The notes under the pieces were generated by a model. That model was not told the DNA's origin. It searched no databases and saw only the letters and a list, made by a program, of their open reading frames with translations. The position numbers and the translations under genes were made by a program. Of a stretch of DNA of 64,000 bases, positions 8,697 to 16,463 are shown one piece after another (the first letter of the stretch is position 1; each line of letters starts with the position of its first letter). This DNA comes from Paludibacteraceae bacterium (GTDB taxonomy: Bacteria; Bacteroidota; Bacteroidia; Bacteroidales; Paludibacteraceae). Location: assembly GCA_905234685.1 (NCBI GenBank), contig CAJOIR010000005.1, positions 1,794 to 65,793 of the forward strand, in the 5' to 3' direction.

Positions 8697-10256
8697 TTAT
8701 TGCTTGCTTGCGCTCTCAGTCTTCTCGGCAGACTCGCTGTCGCTGTTGCTTACTCTGTGAGTGCTTTCCACTACTTCCACTTCTTCTACAATCTCCACTG
8801 CGTCTCCGGCAGTACCCATTTCTACAAAGATCTCAGTCTCCATAGTAGCCTCAGACCCTTCTGATTTCTTTACTTTGTTGGGCAGTTCAAGTCCGTAGCC
8901 TTTCTTACGGTCTTCCACTTTGAGCATGAGTGCCAGTATGAAAGCAAGCACGCCGAATGATGCGAACACTATCATAGGCACAAGGTAGCCGTCGGTGGCA
9001 ACACGCAGTTTGCCTATCAGTAGCGGCACCAGACACAGACCTACATTCTGTACCCAGAATATGAGGCAGTAGGCAGAACCAAGCACCTTCTCATCAATTA
9101 TCTTTGGTACACTCGGCCACATCGATGCAGGTACAAGCGAGAAACTTACGCCGAGTACCAGGATAGTTACCAATGCAAGCCATTTTTGCGGATATATTGG
9201 CAGCAAGAAAGCAAATACGCAGTGGCATGCAATCATTATTACCGCTCCAATGAGCATCATCGAGGCACCCTTGCCTCTGTAGTCAATGAAGGCGCCAAGG
9301 AATGGAGTGAGAACCATTGCAAGTATCGGGAACCATTTGAAGAGTCCTGCCGCTTCGTCGTTGGGTATGGAGAGAGTCTCTTCAAGGAAGTTGGTTGCAA
9401 AACGCTGGAATGGGAAGATAGCCGAATAGTAGAGTACACAAAGCAGTGCAATGATCCAGAACATCTTCGATGAGAACACCATCTTCAAGTCGCTTACGTG
9501 GAACTCGTCCTCAGGGTCTTTCACCGAAGGAGTCTCGCCTATGGCAACCAATTGCTTGTCGAAGCGTGTATCCATCACGGTGAAGATAAGGAAGTTCAAG
9601 AGTCCTACTACCAACAGAAGCGAAGCAAACAACAGAGGTGCCACTACGCTGTCGGTTACCATACCTTCGGCACTGGTGATAGCGAAATGCTTGCTTATCA
9701 TCGGTGACAGCCACATTGCTGCAAACACACCAAGACGTGCTATAGCCATTTCCAGACCCATAGCAAGTGCCATTTCCTTACCCTTGAACCACTTTGCAAG
9801 AATCTTGCTTACTGTGGTTCCCGCCATCTCGCAGCCGCAACCGAATATCATGAAGCCGAACATCGCTATCTTGGCTGAACCCGGCATTGCGGGCCACCAT
9901 GAGTTAAGCCATGCTATATTGTTGGCGTCAAGCCATTCGCTGATACCTATGTATTTTATTGCTGCGCCTATCACCATCAGCGATGCAGAAAGAGTGCCGG
10001 TGAAGCGGACTCCCATCTTGTCAAGTATGATACCTGCCAGAATCAGGAAACCGAAGACGTTAAGCAGATATTCTCCTGCGGCGTATGTGCCAAAGTCACC
10101 TCTGTCCCATTCGAGAGAACTCTCAAGCAGCGATGCCAGAGGCGAAAGAATATCAACGAACATGTATGCAAAAAACATCATTGATGCCACAAGCACCAAT
10201 ACCGTCCACCGTGCCCATGCCTTGTCACGAAGTGTGTTTTGTAGTGTCTCTACCAT
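8697..10256 (-). CDS. MFS transporter with an acidic C-terminal extension
   Basis: About 12 predicted hydrophobic helices with an MFS-like layout. The ORF-track start at 10262 is TTG. The ATG two codons downstream (MVETLQ, 10256) is preferred. Substrate is not inferable. Confidence 0.7.
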   Translation of the reverse strand: MVETLQNTLRDKAWARWTVLVLVASMMFFAYMFVDILSPLASLLESSLEWDRGDFGTYAAGEYLLNVFGFLILAGIILDKMGVRFTGTLSASLMVIGAAIKYIGISEWLDANNIAWLNSWWPAMPGSAKIAMFGFMIFGCGCEMAGTTVSKILAKWFKGKEMALAMGLEMAIARLGVFAAMWLSPMISKHFAITSAEGMVTDSVVAPLLFASLLLVVGLLNFLIFTVMDTRFDKQLVAIGETPSVKDPEDEFHVSDLKMVFSSKMFWIIALLCVLYYSAIFPFQRFATNFLEETLSIPNDEAAGLFKWFPILAMVLTPFLGAFIDYRGKGASMMLIGAVIMIACHCVFAFLLPIYPQKWLALVTILVLGVSFSLVPASMWPSVPKIIDEKVLGSAYCLIFWVQNVGLCLVPLLIGKLRVATDGYLVPMIVFASFGVLAFILALMLKVEDRKKGYGLELPNKVKKSEGSEATMETEIFVEMGTAGDAVEIVEEVEVVESTHRVSNSDSESAEKTESASKQ

Positions 10257-10266
10257 AATCAATGAT

Positions 10267-10325
10267 TAAATAGTAAATAGTCAAATAGTAAATAGTTAAA
10301 TAGTAAATAGTCAAATAAGTAAATG
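10267..10325. repeat. Four tandem copies of a 15-nt unit (aaatagtaaatagtN)
   Basis: The sequence taaatagtaaatagtc aaatagtaaatagtt aaatagtaaatagtc aaataagtaaatg starts about 10 nt upstream of the MFS start codon. Confidence 0.9.
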
Positions 10326-10456
10326 TTTTTATGCTTAGTCGCTCCACGAGTTTCTGTTGTCCCGTGAAGCGATATTCGACTTGCTTTGCTTCTGAAGCCA
10401 CGCACGTTTGCGTTCTTCATACTCAGCGTAATGTTTCTCAAGCCAGTTGTCAGCCA

Positions 10457-10948
10457 TTATTTGATGCCGAGTTCTTTCTTTACAAGCGGTGTTACGTCGT
10501 TGGCATCAGGCGAAACATAGGTCATTGCTGCGGCATCGAAGATATAAGTGTAGTTGTTGGCATCACCTACAACTTTCACTGCTTTCTGCATCTTCTCATA
10601 TACAGGGGCAAGTAGTTCCTGTTGTTTCTTCTGAATATCCTGTTGCGCAGTCTGAACGAACAGTTCGTAGCGTTGCTGCATTTCTGTGAGTTCCTGCTCA
10701 CGCACTTGCTTGATGGCGTCAGCCATAGTTGCCTGGTTCTGCTTGTAGTCAACAAACTTCTTGTTTATCTCTTCTTGCATGTTTGCCATCTGGGTCTCAT
10801 ATTGTGACATGAGGGTGTCCATCTTCTGTTGCACCTGAGTGCGCTCTGGCATTTGCTGGAAGAGTTCTTGTGAGTTGATGTGTCCGAATTTCTGTGCATT
10901 GACTGCCAACGGCAATACAAGTGCCAATGTAACGATAATCTTTTTCAT
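10457..10948 (-). CDS. OmpH/Skp-family periplasmic chaperone
   Basis: Signal peptide and a ~160 aa Q/E/K-rich helical protein, lying directly downstream of bamA together with a second copy. This is the classic bamA-skp arrangement. Confidence 0.8.
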   Translation of the reverse strand: MKKIIVTLALVLPLAVNAQKFGHINSQELFQQMPERTQVQQKMDTLMSQYETQMANMQEEINKKFVDYKQNQATMADAIKQVREQELTEMQQRYELFVQTAQQDIQKKQQELLAPVYEKMQKAVKVVGDANNYTYIFDAAAMTYVSPDANDVTPLVKKELGIK

Positions 10949-10990
10949 TTCTTTTATGTTTTATAATGTTTATATTCTTATCTTTTATTC

Positions 10991-11497
10991 TTATTTTGCG
11001 CCCAACTTCTGAAGTACCTGGTCAGAGATGTCGAGTTTGTTTGACATATACACCAGACTTGGTTCCGAACTGCGGTCTTTCACTATGTCGTAGCGCTTCT
11101 CCTGTGCTATCTCCTGAATGGCGGTGTATATCTCGTCTTGTATAGGTTTTATCAGACTCTCGCGTTTTTTGAAGAGTTCTCCGTCTTGACCGAAATACTT
11201 GTGTTTCAGTTCCAGTGCTTCTTTCTCTTTCTGAAGTATCTCGTCTTCGCGTTTCTGCCTGAGTTCGTCAGAGAGGAAAATCTGCTCGGTCTGATAGTTT
11301 GCCGTCATCACCCTCGCTTCTTCGCTCACCGTCTCTATCTCTTTCTGCCAACGGCGTGACATCATGCTCAACTGGTCGTTTGCAGACTCGTACTGAGCAA
11401 GATTCTTCAAAATGTATGCCATATCAACATACGCTATCTTCTGGGCTGCTAATGAGCAACTTGCAAATATTGCTGCTATATACAGAATCTTCTTCAT
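10991..11497 (-). CDS. OmpH/Skp-family periplasmic chaperone
   Basis: Same properties as 10457..10948. It begins with IAYVDMAYIL after the signal peptide, typical of Bacteroidetes OmpH. Confidence 0.8.
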   Translation of the reverse strand: MKKILYIAAIFASCSLAAQKIAYVDMAYILKNLAQYESANDQLSMMSRRWQKEIETVSEEARVMTANYQTEQIFLSDELRQKREDEILQKEKEALELKHKYFGQDGELFKKRESLIKPIQDEIYTAIQEIAQEKRYDIVKDRSSEPSLVYMSNKLDISDQVLQKLGAK

Positions 11498-11545
11498 ACT
11501 GATATCTTCTATTAGTTCTGTTAAATGTCTTTACGTATCAAACTG

Positions 11546-14263
11546 TTACAACTCCTGTCCGAGTACGAAGTGGAACTGGCTGCCTCCTCGCTGTCCGTTC
11601 ACATCCTGGTCGAATCCCCAACCCCAGTCAATACCCATCAGACCGAACATAGGCAGGAAGATTCTGACACCGAGTCCGAGCGAGCGTTTCAGGTTGAAGG
11701 GGTTGTAGTCTTTGATGTCGGCAAAGCAGTTACCTGCCTCTGCAAACACATGTGCCCATATTGTAGCGTTCTGCTCAAGAGAGATGGGGTAACGCAGTTC
11801 AAGAGTGTATTTGTTATACAGGTAGCCGTTGTTCCTGCCTGACGAAGCGTCGAAAGGCGTAAGACTACCGGATGAGTATCCGCGCATGGCTATGTAGTCG
11901 GTGGAGAAACTCGAGTAACTTGTCATACCGTCACCACCCATATAATAGGTTTCAAACGGCGACTTGGCATACTGGTTATAGTGTCCGAGATAACCGAATT
12001 CGGCACGAGCCATAAGCACGAGTTTCGAGTCCTTTGTAAGTGGTGTGAACACTTTGCCGGAGAATTTCCACTTGTGATATTCGATGAGTTTGTATCTTTC
12101 CTGAGTACTGAGATACTCATAGTCCTTCCCGCTTATGAGAGAGTAGGGGGGAGTAATCTTCAGTCCGATAGTGAACTGCGAACCGCGGCGTGTGTAGATT
12201 GGGTTGTCAATACTGCTTCGGCTGAACACGAGGTTGAGCGAGAAGTTGTGGAAGAAACCGTCAGACATGATTAGCCACGGCCAGTCGTGCATCTGGTAGA
12301 ACTGATAGGAGAGTTCTCCGTAGAACTGGAAATAGTCGTCAGGCCACCTGAGACGCTTGCCATAACCTATCGACACACCGAATGTGCGCAGATACTTGTC
12401 AGGGTCGGACTCTGCTTCGGCAAGTTGTTGCTGATAGTAGTTGCTGTAGTATCCGTAGCCGTTGCCATAGTAACTGTTGTAGTAGTTGTAGCTTGACTGT
12501 GCAAGTTGGTTGTACATCTCGTAGTAGCGCTTCGAATAGCCGGTCTGTGAGGCGAAGAAAGCACTGATGGAGAGTGAGTTCGGTCGCTTGCCGCCAAGCC
12601 ACGGTTCAAGGAAACTGATGCTTGCCGAGGTGTAGAAGCGTCCGTTGGTTCGTGCATTGATGGAGAAGGTCTGACCTTCGCCTTGAGGCACGATGCGGTA
12701 ACTCTTCTTGTTGAAGAGGTTCTGTATGGCGAAGTTGGTGAACTTGACACCCACACTGCCCACAAGACCTGTCGCTCCCCAACCGAGCGAGAGTTCAAGT
12801 TGGTCGGACGACTTGGTTTCCAGTTGGTATGTGATGTCAACGGTACCTTCTTCGGGATTAGGCTGAATGTCCGGAACAAGTTTCTCGGGGTCGAAGTGAC
12901 CCATCTGCGCCAACTCACGCAATGAACGCATGATGTCGGATTGTGAATAGAGTTGACCCGGCTTGGTGTAGAGTTCGCGTCTCACCACATGTTCATATAC
13001 GCGTGTGTTGCCAACAATGTTAATCTGGTTGATGGTAGCGGGTTTGCCTTCGTAGATACGCATCTCGAAGTCGATGGAGTCGCCTTCGATATTAACCTCC
13101 ACGGGGTCAACATTGAAGAAGAGGTATCCCCGGTCGGTATAGAGTTTCGCAACGGCATCATCGTCGGTTTGCAAACGCTCTGTGAGTTCCTTGAGGTTGT
13201 ATGTGTCGCCTTTCTTGATGCCGAGTACAGCGTCGAGATAGTCGTATGGATAGAGTGTGTTGCCTACCCAGTTGATGTTTCTCACGTAATACTTTTCACC
13301 CTCGCTGATGGTCATATAGATATCAACTTTGTTGGGGTCTTCCGGTGAAGGCACAACGGAGTCTGCAACGATGTATGCGTCGCGGAAACCGAGTTCGTTG
13401 TATTTCTCAATGACGGCAACCTTGTCTTTCTCATACTCTTCTCTGACGAACTTCTTGGTTCGGAAGAGGTTGGTGATGTGACTGTCGTTGGTCTTCTTCA
13501 TCACATGGTTGATTTTGGTATGTGAGAGCGACTCGTTGCCGGTTATATAGATGTTGTTGACTTTGGTCTTCACCTTCTTGTCAACATTTATCATCACCTT
13601 CACGTATCCGGGATGCGCTTCGTCGGCTTTTTGCAGAACATAAACTTCGGCATTGTTGAAGCCTTTCTCGGCGAAGTACTTCTTTATTACCGTCTTGGCG
13701 CGGTCGGAGGCGTTGGGCGTCATCTGGTTGCCTTTGGCCAGACCCACTTTCACCTCAAGGTCTTCACGCTCGGATTTCTTGAGACCGTTGTACTGTAGGT
13801 CTGATATTCTCGGTCGTTGCTTTAGCGCTATGTTGAGCCAAATCTTGTTGCCTTCAACGCGTGTTGCCTCAATCTTTACGTCGGAGAAGAGACCTTGTTT
13901 CCAGAAGCGGCGTATTGCTTTGGTTATCTGGTCGCCCGGCACTTCAATCTTGTCGCCGACAGCAAGTCCGGAGAAGCCAATGAGTACGAAATCCTCGTAA
14001 CTGTCGGCACCGGAGACGGTTATCTCCTGTATCTCGTATGTCTTACGCTGGAGAGTGTATTCTATTTTAGGGAGTGGTGCAGAAGGGGCGATGGCACTGT
14101 CAGAGGGCAGTGTGTCGGCATTGGGTGCCACGGTGTCTGCGGTTAGCAACGTGGTGTCGGCCGCAACAAAAACGGTGTCAGCCGTTTGTGCTGACATCTG
14201 CAAAAATGCGCCAAGTGTAAGTAATATGAGACAAATATATCTTTGCACCGGAATCTCTTTCAA
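11546..14263 (-). CDS. bamA: Outer membrane protein assembly factor BamA
   Basis: About 900 aa with POTRA-like repeats and a C-terminal beta-barrel ending in an aromatic-rich ...FHFVLGQEL. It is flanked by uppS upstream and skp genes downstream. The start codon is TTG at 14261-14263, 3 nt after the uppS stop. No in-frame ATG precedes the signal peptide. Confidence 0.9.
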   Translation of the reverse strand: MKEIPVQRYICLILLTLGAFLQMSAQTADTVFVAADTTLLTADTVAPNADTLPSDSAIAPSAPLPKIEYTLQRKTYEIQEITVSGADSYEDFVLIGFSGLAVGDKIEVPGDQITKAIRRFWKQGLFSDVKIEATRVEGNKIWLNIALKQRPRISDLQYNGLKKSEREDLEVKVGLAKGNQMTPNASDRAKTVIKKYFAEKGFNNAEVYVLQKADEAHPGYVKVMINVDKKVKTKVNNIYITGNESLSHTKINHVMKKTNDSHITNLFRTKKFVREEYEKDKVAVIEKYNELGFRDAYIVADSVVPSPEDPNKVDIYMTISEGEKYYVRNINWVGNTLYPYDYLDAVLGIKKGDTYNLKELTERLQTDDDAVAKLYTDRGYLFFNVDPVEVNIEGDSIDFEMRIYEGKPATINQINIVGNTRVYEHVVRRELYTKPGQLYSQSDIMRSLRELAQMGHFDPEKLVPDIQPNPEEGTVDITYQLETKSSDQLELSLGWGATGLVGSVGVKFTNFAIQNLFNKKSYRIVPQGEGQTFSINARTNGRFYTSASISFLEPWLGGKRPNSLSISAFFASQTGYSKRYYEMYNQLAQSSYNYYNSYYGNGYGYYSNYYQQQLAEAESDPDKYLRTFGVSIGYGKRLRWPDDYFQFYGELSYQFYQMHDWPWLIMSDGFFHNFSLNLVFSRSSIDNPIYTRRGSQFTIGLKITPPYSLISGKDYEYLSTQERYKLIEYHKWKFSGKVFTPLTKDSKLVLMARAEFGYLGHYNQYAKSPFETYYMGGDGMTSYSSFSTDYIAMRGYSSGSLTPFDASSGRNNGYLYNKYTLELRYPISLEQNATIWAHVFAEAGNCFADIKDYNPFNLKRSLGLGVRIFLPMFGLMGIDWGWGFDQDVNGQRGGSQFHFVLGQEL

Positions 14264-14266
14264 TTA

Positions 14267-15010
14267 TCAACTGTTAACCTGTTCACTTGTCATGCCGTAT
14301 CTTCGTTCCCGCCCCTGATAGTCAACTATAGCTTTGGCAAGTTGCTCCTTGTCGAAGTCAGGCCAATAGACGTCGGTGAAATAGAGTTCGGCGTATGCGA
14401 GTTGCCAGAGCAGAAAATTGCTTATGCGCAGTTCTCCGCTGGTACGAATGAGGAGGTCCGGGTCTGGTATCTCGCATGTAGTCATGCTTTTGGAAAGCAT
14501 TTCTTCGTTGATGTCATCAATGCTCATGCTGCCTTCTTTTACTGCCTTTGCAATCTGTCGTGTGGCGTTGGTTATCTCCCATCGTGAGGAGTAACTGAGA
14601 GCGAGAACGAGGTTGACGCCTGTGTTGTTTTCCGTGAGCCTCATGCATCCACGGAACTTGTCTTCAGCGTTCTTAGGCAGTCGTGCGAGGTCTCCGATGG
14701 CGCGAAGACGCACGTTGTTCTTCATCAGGTCCGGTGTCTCACGCTCTATGGCATCGACGAGTAGGGTCATCAGTGCGTCCACTTCCTCTTTGGGTCGGTT
14801 CCAGTTCTCTGTGGAGAAGGCATACAGAGTGAGATACTTGACGTCGAACTCGGCACACGCTTCCGTTATCTTGCGCACGGCAGTCACTCCGGCCTGGTGT
14901 CCGAAGAAGCGGTTTAGTCCCTGCTTTTTAGCCCATCTGCCGTTGCCGTCCATGATGATGGCGACATGTTGGGGTACACGGGTCTTGTCTATCTGTTCTA
15001 TATATGACAT
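14267..15010 (-). CDS. uppS: Isoprenyl transferase (undecaprenyl diphosphate synthase)
   Basis: Carries the cis-prenyltransferase motifs [27 protein letters not shown] and RTSGE.R.SNFLLWQ.AY.E. Confidence 0.93.
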   Translation of the reverse strand: MSYIEQIDKTRVPQHVAIIMDGNGRWAKKQGLNRFFGHQAGVTAVRKITEACAEFDVKYLTLYAFSTENWNRPKEEVDALMTLLVDAIERETPDLMKNNVRLRAIGDLARLPKNAEDKFRGCMRLTENNTGVNLVLALSYSSRWEITNATRQIAKAVKEGSMSIDDINEEMLSKSMTTCEIPDPDLLIRTSGELRISNFLLWQLAYAELYFTDVYWPDFDKEQLAKAIVDYQGRERRYGMTSEQVNS

Positions 15011-15028
15011 AATATCAACTGTCGGTTG

Positions 15029-15727
15029 TCACTGGCATTTCTTGCAAACACTTCTCTGTCGTGCAAATTCAAAAACTATGCCGAGAGTGAGTGTAGAAGT
15101 GAGGTCGAGGTTAAGTATGTTGCTTCCGTTAAGGTTGTAGGTGTTGTCGTATGCAGCCGTATTCTCCAGGTTGTCAGCGAAAAACAACTGATGTTGCCAT
15201 GCGAGGTTGAGTCCCCATCGTGGTGCGAATTTCCACTTCATTCCGAAGCCGAAAGGCAGGTATGCGCCTGCCGACTTGAAGTCGTTGTAGAGTCCGACTC
15301 CTATTCCGAGGAATATGTATGGTGTTATCTGCTTGACCTTGGAGTTGTATTGTTTCTGTCCGAGTCGGAAGAAGTTGAATTCACCTACGGCATCGATGCA
15401 GACGAGTTGGTTTTTGAGTAGGTCAGTGGCTGCGGGTTTCTGGATAGGATATCCGTTTGCATCGGGCGCCGGAAACATTATCTCCTGCATTTGACCTTTG
15501 ACTTGCAGAGCCCAACGCTCGGTGAATTTATACCTGAACTGCGCACCGGCCGACCATCTGGGGTAGTTGAAGATATGCCTTGTGGCGTCTCCGACATAGT
15601 AACTGGTGCCTCCCTGAAACCCGAACTCGCACAGGTATGGTCGTTCGTCTGCATATAGTGTAACGGCTGATAACAAGACTGTTACCAACAGTAGCGCTTT
15701 ATATGTAGATTTGCAAGCAAGCATCAT
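15029..15727 (-). CDS. Outer-membrane beta-barrel protein (DUF6089-like by recollection)
   Basis: Signal peptide and alternating aromatic/glycine beta-strand pattern (FGFQGGTSYYVGD, LPFGFGMKWKF). Its position next to uppS is conserved in Bacteroidetes as far as I recall. Confidence 0.6.
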   Translation of the reverse strand: MMLACKSTYKALLLVTVLLSAVTLYADERPYLCEFGFQGGTSYYVGDATRHIFNYPRWSAGAQFRYKFTERWALQVKGQMQEIMFPAPDANGYPIQKPAATDLLKNQLVCIDAVGEFNFFRLGQKQYNSKVKQITPYIFLGIGVGLYNDFKSAGAYLPFGFGMKWKFAPRWGLNLAWQHQLFFADNLENTAAYDNTYNLNGSNILNLDLTSTLTLGIVFEFARQRSVCKKCQ

Positions 15728-15752
15728 TTTTTCCGATTGCCATATTAGCCTG

Positions 15753-15760
15753 CAAATATA
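15753..15760 (-). promoter_or_regulatory. Candidate -7 promoter box (TATATTTG on the minus strand)
   Basis: The plus strand reads CAAATATA. It lies 26 nt upstream of the ATG at 15727. Confidence 0.45.
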
Positions 15761-15865
15761 CTGCTTTTATTTGAAATACACAAATTTTTTGTTGTTAACC
15801 AATTCCACTCTCTTGAGATGAAACTAAACAGCCATGAAACATGAATCTTGAAACATGAAATATGA

Positions 15866-15918
15866 AGTAAGTGCGGCGCGTGAGTTTGAAAAGTCCCCAC
15901 TTTTCAAACACAGAACAC
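15866..15918 (+). repeat. REP-like palindromic element, copy 1
   Basis: The element is agtaagtgcggcgcgtgagtttgaaaagtccccacttttcaaacacagaacac. Its core hairpin is gtttgaaaagt (15884-15894) / acttttcaaac (15899-15909) around the loop cccc. A second copy in reverse orientation lies at 51151-51200. Confidence 0.9.
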
Positions 15919-15961
15919 CTTATGACAGTCTTGTGCCCTTGCACATATCAGCGATTATTAA

Positions 15962-15969
15962 TATCTTTG
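15962..15969 (+). promoter_or_regulatory. Candidate -7 promoter box (TATCTTTG)
   Basis: Perfect TAnnTTTG match 48 nt upstream of the ATG at 16017. Confidence 0.5.
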
Positions 15970-16016
15970 CAAGCAGAAACTAAAATTTTATGCAAATCAA
16001 ATAAACTCAAATTAAA

Positions 16017-16406
16017 ATGAAATATTTATTATACACGCTATTCTTTACGTTTGCAACAATTAGCCTTATGGCACAAACGACGGCATGCACTAAACAACAA
16101 TGTGACAATAATCCAAATGTGGCATATAAACTATACCCAACACAAAACATGTGGACTTTCTTAAAATTAGATACACGCAATGGAAAAATATGGCAAGTAC
16201 AATATTCTGTTAAGGGAGATGATTATAGATTTGAAACATGTCTAAACAATCTATCTTTGACTACAAAAGAAATAAATGGAAGATTTGAATTATATCCAAC
16301 GCAAAATATGTTTAATTTTATATTGTTAGACAAAGTTGATGGAGGGGTATGGCAAGTACAGTGGTCTTCTGAACCAGCAAATAGAGGAGTCTTACCCATT
16401 AGATGA
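16017..16406 (+). CDS. Small secreted protein with an internal tandem duplication, function unknown
   Basis: Signal peptide MKYLLYTLFFTFATISLMA. Two ~45-aa repeats are present: YKLYPTQNMWTFLKLDTRNGKIWQVQYS and FELYPTQNMFNFILLDKVDGGVWQVQWS. AT-rich composition. Confidence 0.65.
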   Translation: MKYLLYTLFFTFATISLMAQTTACTKQQCDNNPNVAYKLYPTQNMWTFLKLDTRNGKIWQVQYSVKGDDYRFETCLNNLSLTTKEINGRFELYPTQNMFNFILLDKVDGGVWQVQWSSEPANRGVLPIR

Positions 16407-16463
16407 TAGTTCTATCATATCACATTCACTTTGTTTAACAACTTTGTTAGAACAATTAACTAA

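Noticed and set aside
10259-10441. A 60-aa ORF ending in LFDYLLFNYLLFDYLLFNH.
   Set aside because: It is a direct translation of the 15-nt tandem array at 10267-10325 and not a plausible protein.
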